Position numbers and translations under genes: made by a program | Notes under the pieces: model-generated | Database searches by the model: none | The model's input: the letters and a program-made list of their open reading frames with translations, nothing else | What the model was told of the DNA's origin: nothing | NCBI RefSeq assembly: GCF_036365525.1 | Contig: NC_090416.1 | Coordinates: 16,650,945 to 16,714,944 of the forward strand | DNA from: Heterodontus francisci | Taxonomy: Eukaryota | Reading direction: 5' to 3' | Length of the DNA: 64,000 nucleotides | Shown here: piece by piece, positions 21,466 through 35,540 of the stretch | Layout of the letters: the number at the start of each line of letters is the position of its first letter | Position numbering within the stretch: the first letter of the stretch is position 1

Positions 21466-22454
21466 AAGGTGGTGGTGGAGTCGCCTTCTTGAACTGCTAC
21501 AGTGCAGTGGTTTTTGTACAACAGAACTGAGGGCAGTTAAGTGTCAACCACATTGCCGTGGGTCTGGAGTCACATCTGGGCCAGACCAGGTGAGGAAGGC
21601 AGATTTCCTTCCCTAAAAGGACATTTGTCAACCAGATGGTTGTTTGTTAATGAACATTCAATTTATGGTCACCATTACTGAGACTAGGTTTCAATTCCAA
21701 TTTTTCTTTTTATTAATTAGTTGAATTTAAATTCCATGGTGGGATTTGAACACGTGTCTCCAGAGCATTATCCTGGGCCTCTGGATTAGTAATATCTAGT
21801 GACATTACTACTACGCCACCTTGTGATGGATCAATATTCATTCTAGAAATGTGATAGGATTTGAGCCAGTGAAAGGGGGAGCGTGGGAAGACGAACAGCA
21901 GGGAAGGTCTGTGACAGGGGTGGAGGGCAGGAGAGATTAAATGACAAAAAGGGTGTCAAGGTGCAAAGCCAAAGGGAGTGGTAATAAAAGATGTGTCTGG
22001 AGGAGATGTGAATGGCAGGATCGGAACACAAAGTAAAGGAAATAAGAGGTAAACAAGAGAGATAAAATAACAAATCAGCAAAGAAAAGGGCAACAAAAAT
22101 GAGGGCAGGGGGGTTACAAACTAAAATTGTAGAATTCAGTGTTGAGTCCGGAAGGTTGTAGAGTGCCCAGTCGAAAGATGAGGTGCTGTTCCTGCAGTTA
22201 GCCTCCGATTACTGACATGTTCAGTCAAGTCAGTGTCGACTAGCTGCCCCCTAGACAGAGAATTTCACCCCTCCCCCATTCAAAATCCATTTCTGATTGG
22301 TCTCCACAGCAGAAACAGACCCACCTCCCTCCCCTCCCACCAGCAGATTCTCTGGGTCATTTTCAACTAACCCTAACCTGCATTACTATAGAGACCTCAG
22401 GATGTCCTAAAGACAGACAAATAAACACCTGTTTTGAAGTTTTGTCATTGTAAC

Positions 22455-22560
22455 ATCGTAATAAAGTGTTTTCCCCTGCTCCCCTTGACCCCCTCCCTGT
22501 ATTTGCATATTGACTAATATATAGATACTAGTCTTCTCCGGGTTCCCGGAGTTACAGTAA
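22455..22560 (+). promoter_or_regulatory. Inverted IgL promoter paralog, unit 2 (octamer 22501-22508, upstream block deleted)
   Basis: Same blocks as unit 1, with a deletion of about 60 bp 5' of the octamer. Confidence 0.7.
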
Positions 22561-23065
22561 TATTGTTGAAGTGAAAGCACAATTGCTAAATGTGTGAGAA
22601 GCTGAACTCAGCTTTGCCCATGTAGTTGAATGGAGAGTGCACATATGTAGTTAAATGGAGTCATCCTCGTATGTAGTTAAATGGAGTCATCCGCGTATGT
22701 CGTTAAATGGAGTCATCCACGTATGTAGTTAAATGGAGTGTGCCAGTGTGTAGTAAAAAGGGGTTGCACACATGTCGAATGGAAAGAAGTTCAGCACCTC
22801 TAGGTTCATAGAATCTCTCACTTTGCACAGCAGATGTCACATGGCTGCAGCTTTGCCCAGGGAGCCTACCCGGTTCACACAGGATAGGCCAGGTGTTAAA
22901 GCAAGAGCATTTGGTGTTGCCTATTGAAGCTTGCACAGCGGTTAAAGGAAAATACAATTAAAGCTCACAAGATGGGAATCTTGTAAAGTGTCAGCCATGG
23001 CCTCGTGGCTTCAAGTCACAATCCAGAGACTTGAGCACAAAAAGCAGTCTCACATTCGCCGTGTA

Positions 23066-23285
23066 GTACTGAGGGAGTGCTGCACTGTCAGAGGGTCAGT
23101 ACTGAGTGAGTGCCGCACTCAGAGGGTCAGTACTGAGGGAGTGCTGCATTGTCAGAGGGTCAGTCCTGAGGGAGCGCTGAACTGTTGGAGGGTCAGTACT
23201 GAGGGAGTGCTGAACTGTTGGAGGGTCAGTACTGAGGGAGTGCTGCACTGTCGGAGGGTCAGTACTGAGGGAGTGCTGCACTGTC
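23066..23285 (+). repeat. 33-bp minisatellite, about 7 copies
   Basis: Same unit. Confidence 0.93.
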
Positions 23286-24206
23286 TGAGGTGCCATATTC
23301 ACAAGTCCCCCTCAGGTGGACATTATCGATCCCATGACTCTATTTGAAGGAGAGCAGGTGCCCTGGACAATATATATTCCAACATTAACACCTAAAGCTG
23401 TAACTGGTCATTATCACATTGCTATTTGTGGGAGCTTGCTGTGTAAATGACTGTCAGATTTCCTGCATTTCAACAGTGACTACATTTCAAAACACACTTC
23501 AAAAGTACGTCATTAGATGTAAACCACTTTGGGGCAGCCTAGTGATCAGACCTCTCTGTCTCTCCATCTGTCTATCTNNNNNNNNNNNNNNNNNNNNNNN
23601 NNNNNNNNNNNNNNNNNNNNNNNNNNNNNNNNNNNNNNNNNNNNNNNNNNNNNNNNNNNNNNNNNNNNNNNNNNNNNNNNNNNNNNNNNNNNNNNNNNNN
23701 NNNNNNNNNNNNNNNNNNNNNNNNNNNNNNNNNNNNNNNNNNNNNNNNNNNNNNNNNNNNNNNNNNNNNNNNNNNNNNNNNNNNNNNNNNNNNNNNNNNN
23801 NNNNNNNNNNNNNNNNNNNNNNNNNNNNNNNNNNNNNNNNNNNNNNNNNNNNNNNNNTTCTCTCCATATCTATCTATCTCTCTATCTATCTATCTATCTA
23901 TCTGTCTATCCATCTATCTGTCCATCTCTTGCTATCTATCTATCTATCTGTTTATCTATCTGTCTGTTTATCTATCGATCTGTCCATATATATCGATCNN
24001 NNNNNNNNNNNNNNNNNNNNNNNNNNNNNNNNNNNNNNNNNNNNNNNNNNNNNNNNNNNNNNNNNNNNNNNNNNNNNNNNNNNNNNNNNNNNNNNNNNNN
24101 NNNNNNNNNNNNNNNNNNNNNNNNNNNNNNNNNNNNNNNNNNNNNNNNNNNNNNNNNNNNNNNNNNNNNNNNNNNNNNNNNNNNNNNNNNNNNNNNNNNN
24201 NNNNNN

Positions 24207-27200
24207 NGCGGAGTTCCAGACCGGTAAGTGCAAAAACCTTACTTCGGGGATTCTCGGACAGACTCGGAGGGCGGAATTAACCTCGGTGATTCTCGGACAG
24301 ACTCGGAGGGCGGAGTTAACCTCGGGGATTCTCGGACAGACTCGGAGGGCGGAGTTAACCTCGGGGATTCTCGGACAGACTCGGAGGGCGGTGTTCTCCT
24401 CGATGGGTCGAAGGGCCTGTTTCAGTGCTGTATCTCTAAATAAAAAATAAAAATAAATAAAATAATATTTATAGTAGAAATCTAGCACTGGGGACCATAT
24501 CGTTTATTATAACAATTTAGTAAGGATTTAATAAGTATTTATTTTATATTAATTAACTAATTAGTGATAGAAATGTCAGTTAAAGGGGTGAAGTGCTTCA
24601 CCTGTGAGATGTGGGAAGTCCGTGACACTTCCAGCATTCCGGGCGACTCCGCCTGCAGGAAGTTTACCCAGTTGCAGCTCCTCACAGACCACATGGATCG
24701 GTTGGAGCGGCAACTGGAAGCACTTGGGAGCATGCAGGTGGCAGAGAGCGTCATAGACAGGAGTTTTAGAGAAGTGGTTGCACCCAATGTGCAGGCAGAT
24801 AGATGGGTGACCGCTAGAAGGAGCAGGCAGTCAGTGCAGGAATCCCCTGTGGCTATCCCCTTCTCCAACAAGTATACAGTTTTGGATACTGTTGGGGGGG
24901 ATGGCCGAGCAGGGGAAAACAACAGCAGCAGCCAGAGCAGTGGCACCACGGCTATCACTGTTGTTCAGCAGGGAGGGACAAAGCGCAAAGAACAATAGTT
25001 ATAGGGGACTCTATAGTCAGGGGCACAGATAGGCGCATCTGTGGACGTGAAAGAGACTCCAGGATGGTATGTTGCCTCCAGGGTGAAGGATGTCTCTGAA
25101 CGGACAGGGGGCATTCTGAAGGGCGAGGGTGAACAGCCAGAGGTTGTGGTACACATCGGTACCAATGACAAAGGCAGGAAGAGTGCTGAGGGCCTGCAGG
25201 GGGAGTTTAGGTAGTCAGGTAGAAAGTTGTAATCTCTGGATTAAACCCTGTGCCACGTGCCAGAGAGGATAGAAATAGGAAGATAGTGCAGCTAAACACG
25301 TGGCTGAGCAGCTGGTGTAGAAGGGAGGGTTTCAGATATCTGGACCATTGGGCTCTCTTCAGGGACAGATGGGACCTGTACAAGAAGGACGGGTTGCATC
25401 TAAACTGGAGGGGCACTAATATCCTGGCTGCAAAGTTTGCCAGCGTCACTCGGGAGGGTTTAAACTAGTGTGGCAGGGGGGTGGGAACCAGAGCAGTGGG
25501 ACAGCTAGAAAAATAAATGAGGAGGACATAGTAAATAAGGCCAGTAAGACTAAGTGGAAGAGCAGGCAGGAAGATGTTGCTGAGCACAGCGGGACTGGTG
25601 CTCTGAAGTACATTTCTTTCAATGCGAGAAGTATAGCAGGTAAGGTAGATGAAATTAGAGCTTGGATTAGTACTTGGAAATATGATGTTGTTGCTATTAC
25701 AGAGACTTGGTTGAGGGAAGGGCAGGATTGGCAGCTAAATGTTCCAGGCTTTAGAAGCTTCAGGTGGGATAGAGGGGGATGTAAAAGGGGTGGGGGAGTT
25801 GCATTACTGGTTAAGGAGAATATCACAGCTGTACTGCGGGAGGACACCTCAGAGGGGTCATGCAGCGAGGCAATATGGGTGGAGCTCAGGAATAGGAAGG
25901 GTGCAGTCACGAAGTTGGGGGTTTACTACAGGCCTCCCAACAGCCAGCGGGAGGTAGAGGACAAGATATGTAGACAGATTTTGGAAAGATGTAAAGGTAA
26001 CAGGATTGTGGTGGTGGGTGATTTTAACTTCCCCGATATTGACTGGGACTCACTTAGTGCTAGGGGCTTGGATGGGGCAGAATTTGTGAGGAGCATCCAG
26101 GAGGGCTTCTTGAAACAGAATGTAGATAGTCCAACTAGGGATGGGGCCATTCTGGACCTGGTATTGGGGAATGAGCCCGGCCAGGTGGTCGAAGTTTCAG
26201 TGGGTGAACATTTCGGGAGCAGTGACCATAATTCCATAAGTTTTAAGGTACTTGTGGATAAGGATAAGAGTAGTCCTCGGGTGAAGGTGCTAAATTGGAG
26301 GAAGGCTAATTATAACAATATTAGGCAGGAATTGAAGAATTTAGATTGGGGGCGGCTGTTTGAGGGTAAATCAACATCTGACATGTGGGAGTCTTTCAAA
26401 CGTCAGCTGATTAGAATCCAGGACCAGCATGTTCCTGTGAGGAAGAAAGACAAGTTTGGCATGTTTCGGGAAATTTGGATAACACTGGATATTGTGAGCA
26501 CAGTCAAAAAGGAAAAGGAAGCATTTGTAAGGGCTGGAAGGTTAGGAACAGACGAAGCACTTGAGGAATATAAAGACAGTGGGAAGGAACTTAAGCAAGG
26601 AGTTAGGAGGGCTAAAAGGGGTCATAAAAAGTCATTGGCAAACAGGATTAAGGAGAATCCGAAGTCTTTTTATACATGTATAAAGAGCAAGAGGGTACCA
26701 GGGAAAGGGTTGGCCCACTCAAGGATAGAGATGGGAATCTATGTGTGGAGCCAGAGGAAATGGGCGAGGTGCTAAATGAGTACTTTGCATCAGTATTCAC
26801 CAAAGAGAAGGACTTGGTGGATGATGAGCCTAGGGAAGGGAGTGCAGATAGTCTCAGTCATGTCATTATTAAAAAGGAGGAGGTGTTGGGTGTCTTGCAA
26901 AGCATTAAGGTAGATACGTCCCCAGGGCCTGATGGGATCTACCCTAGAATACTGAGGGAGGCAATGGAAGAAATTGCTGGGGCCTTGACAGAAATCTTTG
27001 CATCATCATTGGCTACAGGTGAGGCCCCAGAGGACTGGAGAACAGCCAATGTTGTTCCTTTGTTTAAGAAGGGTGGCAAGGATAATCCAGGAAATTATAG
27101 GCCGGTGAGCCTTACGTCAGTGGTTGGGAAATTATTAGAGAGGATTCTTCGGGATAGAATTTACTCCCATTTGGAAACAAACGAACTTATTAGCGAGAGA

Positions 27201-28492
27201 CAGCATGGTTTTGTGCTGGGGAGGTCATGTCTTACTAATTTGATTGAGTTTTTTGAGGAAGTGACGAAGATGATTGATGAAGGAAGGGCAGTGGATGTTA
27301 TCTAAATGGAATTTATTAAAGCCTTTGACAAGGTCCCGCATGGCAGACTGGTACAAAAGATAAAGTCACACGGGATCAGAGGTGAGCTGGCAAGATGGAT
27401 ACAGAACTGGCTCGGTCATAGAAGACAGAGGGTATCAGTGGATGGGTGTTTTTCTGAATGGAGGGTTGTGACTAGTGGTGTTCCGCAGGGATGAGTGCTG
27501 GGACCTTTGCTGTTTGTAGTATTATAAATGATTTGGAGGAAAATGTAGCTGGTCTGATTAGTAAGTTTGCGGACGACACAAAGGTTGGTGGAGTTGCGGA
27601 TAATGATGAGGATTGTCAGAGGATACAGCTGGATATAGATCGGTTGGAGACTTGGGCGGAGAAATGGCACATGGAGTTTAATCCGGACAAATGTGAGGTA
27701 ATGCATTTTGGAAGGACTAATGCAGGTGGGAGGTATACAGTAAATGGCAGAACCCTTAGGAGTATAGACAGACAGAGAGATCTGGGCGTGCAGGTCCACA
27801 GGTCACTGAAAGTGGCAACGCAGGTGGATAAGGTAGTCAAGAAGGCATACGGCATGCTTGCCATCATTGGTCGGGGCATAGAGTATAAAAATTGGCAAGT
27901 CATGTTGCAGCTGTACAGAACCTTAGTTAGGCCACACTTAGAATATTGCTTGCAATTCTGGTCGCCACACTACCAGAAGGACGTGGAGGCTTTGGAGAGG
28001 GTACAGAGGAGGTATACCAGGATGTTGCCTGTTCTGGAGGGCATGAGCTATGAGGAGAGGTTGGAAAAACTCGGATTGTTTTCACTGGAACGATGGAAGT
28101 GGAGGGGCGACATGATAGAGGTTTACAAAGTTATGAGCGGCATGGACAGAGTGGATAGTCAGAAGCTTTTTCCCAGGGTGGAAGAGTCAGTTACTAGGGG
28201 ACATAGGTTTAAGGTGAGAGGGGCAAAGTTTAGAGGGGATGTGTGAGGCAAGTTTTTTACACAGAGGGTGGTGAGTGCCTGGAACTTGCTGCCAGGGGAG
28301 GTGGTGGAAGCAGATACGATAGCGACGTTTAAGAGACATCTTGACAAATACATGAATAGGAAGGGAATAGAGGGATATGGGCCCCGGAAGTGCAGAAGTT
28401 GTTAGTTTAGGCAGGCATCAAGATCGGTGCAGGCTTGGAGGGCCGAATGGCCTGTTCCTGTGTGGTACTGTTCTTTGTTCTTGTTCTTTGTT
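24207..28492 (+). mobile_element. CR1 LINE, unit 2 (frameshifts and stops)
   Basis: ORFs 24564-28246 are homologous to unit 1. (TGTTCTT)-type tail. Confidence 0.95.
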
Positions 28493-28735
28493 CTCTCTGT
28501 CTATCTGTCCATCTCTCTGTCTATCTATCTGTCTATCTGTCTATCTGACTATCTATCTATCGATTTATCTATCTGTCCATATCTATCTATCTATGTATCT
28601 ATCTATCTGTCTATCTATCCACCTGTCCATCTCTCTCGCTCTATCTATTTGTCTGTCTGTTTATCTCTATCTATTTGTCTGTCTGTCCATCTCTATCTAT
28701 CTGTCTGTCCATCTCTGTCTGTCTGTCTGTCTATC
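28493..28735 (+). repeat. (TCTA/TCTG)n microsatellite after the CR1 tail (also 61703-61925; N-filled in units 1 and 3 and on the 5' side of each CR1)
   Basis: Directly visible tetranucleotide array. Confidence 0.95.
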
Positions 28736-31700
28736 CCTCAGTACTGACCCTTTGACAGTGCGGCACTCCCTCAGTACTGACCCTTTGGGAACTGAATATT
28801 CCAGGGTATTTGACAGTTTGGAATGACAGGAAGCAAGGAAAAGGAGGTGGTGTAGTTCAGTTAATAAAGGATGAGATCAGTACAGTAGTGAGAAATGATC
28901 TTGGCTCAGAAAATCAAGATGTGGAATCAGTTTGGGTGGAGATATGAAATAGCAAAAATTCATACAGGAGCTGCACTGTGGGACAGAGTATAAATCAAGA
29001 AATAAGGGGGGGGCTTGTAAGGAAAATACTGCAGTAATCCTGGGTAATTTTAATCTTCATATAAATTGGAGTAATCAAACTGGTAAAGTTAGATCGAGGA
29101 TGAGTTCATGGAGTGTACTCAGGACAGTTTCTTAGAACAATACATTCTGGAACCAATCCGGGAGCAGGCTATTTTAGACCTGGTAATGTGTAAGGAGACG
29201 GAATTAATTAATGACCTCTTAGTAAAGGAAGAATAGAAAAGTAGAATATTATTTACATGGAGAGAGACCGCAGAATGCTGCAGTACAGAGGGATCTGGGT
29301 GTCCTTGTACATGAATCACAAAATGTTAACGTGCAGGTACAGCAAGTAATTAGGAAGGCAAATGGAATGTTGGTATTTATTGCAATGGGGATGGAGTATA
29401 AAAGTAGGGACATCTTGCTACAACTGTACCGGGCATTGGTGAGACCGCACCTAGAATACTGCATACAGTTTTGGTCTCCTTATTTAAGGAGGGATATACT
29501 TGCATTGGAAGCAGTTCAGAGAAGGTTCACTTGGCTGATTCCTGGGATGAAGGGATTGTCTTATTAGGAAAGGTTGAGCAGGTTGGGCCTGTTTAGAGTT
29601 TAGAAGAATGAGAGGTGATCTTATTGAAATGTGTAAGGTTCTGAAGGGGCTTAATTGGGTGGATGGTGAGAGGATGTTTCCCCTCGTGGGGGAATCTGGA
29701 ACTAGGGGGAACAGTTACAGAATACGGGGTCTCCCATTTAAGACGGAGATGAGGAGGAATTTCTTCTCTGAGGGTCATTAATCTTTGGAATTCTCTTCCC
29801 CAGGGAGCAGTGGAGGCTGGGTCATTGAATATATTCAAGGCTGAGTTGGAGAGTTTTTTGATCTACAAGGGAGTTGAGGGTTATGGTGGGGGGCCGAGAG
29901 GAAAGTGGAGATAAGGTCACAATCAGATCATCCGTGATCTTATCGAATGGCAGAACAGTCTCGATGGGCCGAATGGCCTTCTCCTGTTCTTATTTCTTAT
30001 GCTTTTATGTTGAAGATATCGTACCTGCTGTATTCAATAGCTGTCCAGGTCTTTAAAGCCCAAAGTGGCCGTAACTGTTCCTATCTGTGCAGAGAGCCCT
30101 TGGCAGTAATATAATATAATGAAAATGGCCTGGCTGAAACTCCCCGGGTCTGGATATCTCAGTACAGATCGGGGAAGGGATGGTGGGAGTGCTGGAATCT
30201 GGGCCTTCCCAGCAAGTGTCCTGTAAGGGAACTGAATGACCTCAACGAAGGAACGAGTTCACAGAGGGAGATGAGGCTGATGTGATTGTAGTGTGTGCGA
30301 ACAAGAGGAGGCCATTCAGCCCTTCGAGACTGCTGTACCATTCCATTAGATCATAGCTGGTCTGTACCTTAACCCCATATACCCTGCCTTAGCTCCATAG
30401 TCCTTGCTGCCCTTACCCAATAAAAATCTATCAACCACAATCTTTATAACTCCAATTTTTAATGAAGTGCATTTGTATAGCGTCTTTCACAACCTCAGGA
30501 TGTTCCCAAAGTGCTTCGCAGCCAATGAAATACCTTGAAAAGCAATGTTGGGAAATGAAGACTGGGATGTAGAGCAGGAGGAGTTCAGTTCAGTTCTCCT
30601 GAGGGGCCCAGTCCAGATAATGGGTTGTTTTGTTATAAATGTGTGACGTGTCCAAGAATGTAACCGTTTAACAGTGTTTCTCGGATTTCCGTCCTGTTTC
30701 TGTGTGTTTCAGAGCAGGGGAACTGGGCCCAGATGCTGCTACTCTCTGCTGCTTATCAGACAGTGAACAGGGAGGTTTCGGTTCCTCCCCGGGGCTCCTC
30801 TCCCACCCCCTGCAGCGAGTGACCACACCACCTGCACCACATCACAAACAAGACAAAAACAGCATCGATTTGGGTATCAGGATCTAAAATAAGGCTTTCA
30901 GAACACCGCCCAGATCCCCTGTGGTTGATGACGAGGGCCTGATCTGAGCTGCATTCAGTGCCATTCTCCGACCCAGTCTGGAACCTGGCTGTTCGGCCAT
31001 GTGAATCATCAACATTGTGGATTTAACTGGACTGATAAACGTTTGATGGCCTTTAAGATACTCCTTAAAACCTACCTCTTTGACCGAGCTTTTGGTCACC
31101 TGCTCTAATATCTCCGAATGTGGCTCAGCATTAAACTTTGTTTGCTGACACTCCTTGCGACGTTTTATTACATTAAAGGCGCCATATAAATGCAGATTGG
31201 TTGTTGTTTGCAGATGACAATTCGTTGAAGACCTTAATAACTAACCGACTGCAGGCCATGAAGTACATCAACTAAAGCCACAATTAAAACTCAAGGCTTC
31301 TGATGTAAGTACAGTACTGAAGGAATACCGCACTGCCGGAGGGGCTATCTGTCACTTGGAATCTGCCCTCTGTTAAAGATACTGCAACCCCGATTTAGAA
31401 AAAGAGTTGGGGAGTTCTCCCCCATCCCCGTGTCTTGGCTGATATTTATCCTTCAATCAATATCACAAAAAAAAGATCAGCTGGGTCATTCTCTCATTGT
31501 TATTCGTGTGGGATCATTCTGTGCACAAATTGGCTGCTGTGTTTCCTACATTGCAACAGTTGACTAGACTTCAAAAAAAAATACTTGGTTGGCTGTAAAG
31601 CGCTGTGGGACATTCTGAAGCTGTGAAAGGAGGCTCACTGTCACCTTCTCAGGGGGACAAATGGCCCCTAGTTCTGCTCTCACCCGCAAGTGGAAACGTC

Positions 31701-33455
31701 TAGCCTTATCGAGTCCTTTCCTAACCTCAAAGGCCTCCATCAGGTCCTACCCTCCCCCCCTCTCAGTCTTCTCTTTTCAACCTATCCTGGTAGCCTATCT
31801 CAGTACTGGTACCATCCCAGCACATCTTTTCTTGCACCTTCTCCAGTGTCATTTTATAACATGGAGACGGGACAGTGCACAGTAATTCCAAGTGTGGTCT
31901 AACTGAGGTTCCCTACAAGTTTGACTTAATGTATCTGCTTCTCAATCCTCTCCCTCGAGAAATTAACCCCGGTGTTTGGATTGCTTTTTATATGGCCTTA
32001 TTCAGCAGCATTGCTGCAGTTACTCTGGAACCCTCGATCCACAACCCAATTTAGACTCTTTCTTCCCCACCTCCCCCTCCCTCCAGGACTAGGTGACCTC
32101 ATTCATCCTCCCAAAAAGTACCACCTCACACTTATCCATACTGACCTTCATTTGTCAATTACACACCCATTCTGCATGTCACTTCATGTCCTGTCATTTA
32201 TGATGGACCTAATATTAACTGCAGCCTCCCCCAATTTGGAGTCATCAGCAAACTCTCAAATTGTACCTGGTGCTAGTCTGTCCCGTGCCATCCCATCTCT
32301 CGGACCAGGATAGTGAGCAGTTCTCCCTGGGAGGGACGGTATTTTATTCCAAACAGAGGCTTTTCCTGTAAATCACATACAATGATGGTCTAGTATGGGA
32401 GAAACTACACTTTAGGATGGGAGGGTTGTTGAGAGTGTGCAGAGGAGGTTTACTGGAATGGTTCCAGGGATGGGGGAATTCTAGTTATAAGGTCAGCCTG
32501 GAGAAGCTGGGATTGTTTTCCTTGGAGCGAAGGAGATTGCAGGGAGATTTAATAGAGGTGGACAAGATTATGACAGATCTGGATAGAGTAGACAAGGAAA
32601 AACAGTTCCCATTAACTGATGGTACAAGGGCTAGGGGACACAGATTGAACGTTTTGGGCAAGAGATACAGGTGCGGGGGAGGGGGGGTGGTGGTTGTGAG
32701 GAAGAATTTATTTATTATTAAATGCAGTGAGTGACAATGACCTGGAACTCACTGCCTACCAGAGTGGTGGAAGCAGGAGACAATGATTTCAGTAAGAAAC
32801 GGGGCAGGGGGAAGGGGCACTTGTAGGAAATAAATTCGCAGGGGGCCACGGGGGGATTGGGACTGACTGGATTGCACTACGGGGAGCTGGCACGGGTCCG
32901 AGGGGCCGAATAACCTCCTTCTGTGCCAGAAATAAAATCGAATTCGTTTAAAATAGTTAACTCTGCTTGAATATTTTTTTATTAAATCTGCCCAAAAGAA
33001 AAATCCTCAAATCGCCAATATTCGTACAGTTAACCACTGACTTGCACCAATATCCACCTCAACTCACCCCCCCCCCCTCCCCAGAAGAAAAATAACAGAG
33101 CAATTTGAATTCATGTCATCTTTATTAAAACAGCCACACACAGAGAGATACACTTTTCAATTCTCACAAATGGTACTACTGAGAGAAAGGAGAGAGGGAG
33201 CAGAACCCATCCAGCTCCAAATGGGAATGTACTCCCGGGATAGGTGGTCCTGATATTCACTGTCACCCACCTGCGCCCCCCAGTTAAAATTGAATCCAAA
33301 ATTGGATCGTTAAACTGCGATTGAAGTGACTGTTTCAACATCGTTGGCCACATTTGCTACAGTGATTACATTGTAAAACAACAACAACAACATTCCACAT
33401 ATTGAATAATATTTCATCAGCAATAAATCAAACTCTAAACCCCAGTTGCCCCCTC

Positions 33456-33784
33456 TCAGTCGGAACAAGCGGTGGAGCTGATGGTTTTGAGGAGAGGTGA
33501 GCTCAGAGAGCCGTGGTCCACACTGCAGGTATAGCTGGAGCCCTTATTCCAGGCAGTGGCGGGGACTCTCAGGTAACTGCTCAGGCTGTAGGTTTGATCA
33601 CTGTCCGTGGACACGGTGCCTGTGGTCACCCCGCTGTCTGTCTCTTTATCATCCACTCTCCAGAGAACCCGCACGAAACCCGGCTTAAAGCGGCTCACGA
33701 GGCAGGACAGAGTAGCCCATCCGGAGTCTATTTCTTCCGAGGAAGGAGGGAGCAGGAGAACTGATGGTTTCCGATCCTCACTAC
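33456..33784 (-). CDS. IgL constant exon, cluster 3
   Basis: Intact C1-set ORF ending TACSD*. Confidence 0.97.
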
Positions 33785-35121
33785 CTGTGTGTGTGAGAGA
33801 CAGGGTGGAAGAAAGGAATCTCACTGTTAGTATCAATCATTTTTTCTAAAAGGCACATCCAGAATTAGTAACACAGACTATAATTTAAAACAAACATTTA
33901 ACTTGACTTCAGACTTAGGTAGAGACAGTAAATAATATAACAGCCTGAGTGTTTCCAGCACTCGATTTCAGATTTCCAGCATCTGCAGGATTTTGCTTTG
34001 ATTGGATTAAAATTAAATATTTAGTCCAATCTTAACTCCCTGTCAATTGAGAGCTGGACTTGTACATGGATTCGAGACATTCAGATAAATTAATTAACTG
34101 AATATTAAATACAACAGACAATATCGAATTGTTTAAAATTCAGGGGCAGATTAAAATCAAAAGTTTAAAAATTGAGGAAGTTTCACATTTCGGATAGGCT
34201 GTACTGGAGGTCTTATGGAGGTGCTCGGAGTATGTATTGGGAGTAACTCAACCTCCCAGATCCACACTTAGAGTTCGGTGATCACCTCACCAGGAAAAAT
34301 TCTTTATTTAAAAAAAAAGAGTTTTAAAAGTAATAAAGTTCGGGGCGGTTTCCATTTAGAAAGTAGGTTAGACACTTCACATGAACGAACGACAGTCGGA
34401 AGGAGGGGGCTGGGAAGGGAGACGGGGGCTGGGGGGTAGTGGGACCGGGTGCGTGAGGAACAGACAAGATGGGGGGAGGGGGCGCAGAATGAGGCCATTC
34501 GGTCCATCGAGTCCCTGCCGCAGCCTAACCCCACTTCCCAACTTTGGGAGTCTTTTTTTGAGGTGGGGGAGGGGGTGCTAGTGTCAAACTCGACCCCCTT
34601 TGAGTGTGAGTAAAATTCCTGTTTGTAAATCTTCCAGCAACACCCGGGGCAGGCTCGCTATTTATACAACAGTGCAGCGAATAGACGGAGAAGTCCACAC
34701 CTGCACACTGCAGACCTGGCCGAACAGACTCGAGGGGCTGAATGGCCTTTCTCCCCTTTTCATTCTGCATTTTTATTTTGCCAATGGAGTTTTTCCTCGG
34801 TTCTGAGGAAAGGTCAGAGACCCGAAACTGTTCACCGTTTCTCCCTCTCTCTCCGCAGAGGCTGCCCAGACCTGCTGAGTATTTCCAGCATCTTCTGTTT
34901 TTTTAATTTCAGATTTCCAGCATCCGCAATTGTTTTGCTGCTATTTTAGTGTTTATTTTACTACCCTCCAGAATCCAAATTCCCAGCACTGAATCAGTGG
35001 ACAGAAAAATAAAAATCTGACCCATTTTTTTTTCACCGTTATCAGGGCAGATCCGATTCTGCAACAATAAATGAATAAATAATTGAAACAATATGAATGA
35101 TAGGATGAGGGAATTACTTAC

Positions 35122-35158
35122 TCCGTAAACTCAGGGCGGTCCCAGGTCCGAAGGTAAA
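35122..35158 (-). CDS. IgL J segment, cluster 3
   Basis: FTFGPGTALSLR with donor intact. Confidence 0.96.
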
Positions 35159-35197
35159 CACAGTGCAGTGTTTTAATGGGACGGGTCACCTAAAACC
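35159..35197 (-). other. J 23-RSS, cluster 3
   Basis: CACAGTG, 23 nt, CCTAAAACC. Confidence 0.92.
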
Positions 35198-35512
35198 CAG
35201 GCTGGGAAGAAAGAGGGGAAAATATTAATAATCTGTCCTTTATTACATTCCGTTTCACATTCTGCCTTTCACTGGGGCCGGAATGCTGAGAGTCTGGAGA
35301 AGAATTTTCACATATCAGTGAGGAAACCCTGAGAATATCAGTGTTTACCTACCCAGCTAATAGTCCAAATATTGGGGAAAATCCAAATAAACCCATGGAA
35401 TTCCAGTGAGATTTTCCACAAGTTACATAAGGAATATTTCTGAAGCTCATCACACAGTCTCAGGCAGGAATATTTCAGTAGCTGTTGGAATTCTGAGTGG
35501 TTCTGTTGGTGC

Positions 35513-35540
35513 AGTTTTTGTATTGCCCTGTCTCACTGTG
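35513..35540 (-). other. V 12-RSS, cluster 3
   Basis: CACAGTG, 12 nt, ACAAAAACT. Confidence 0.96.
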
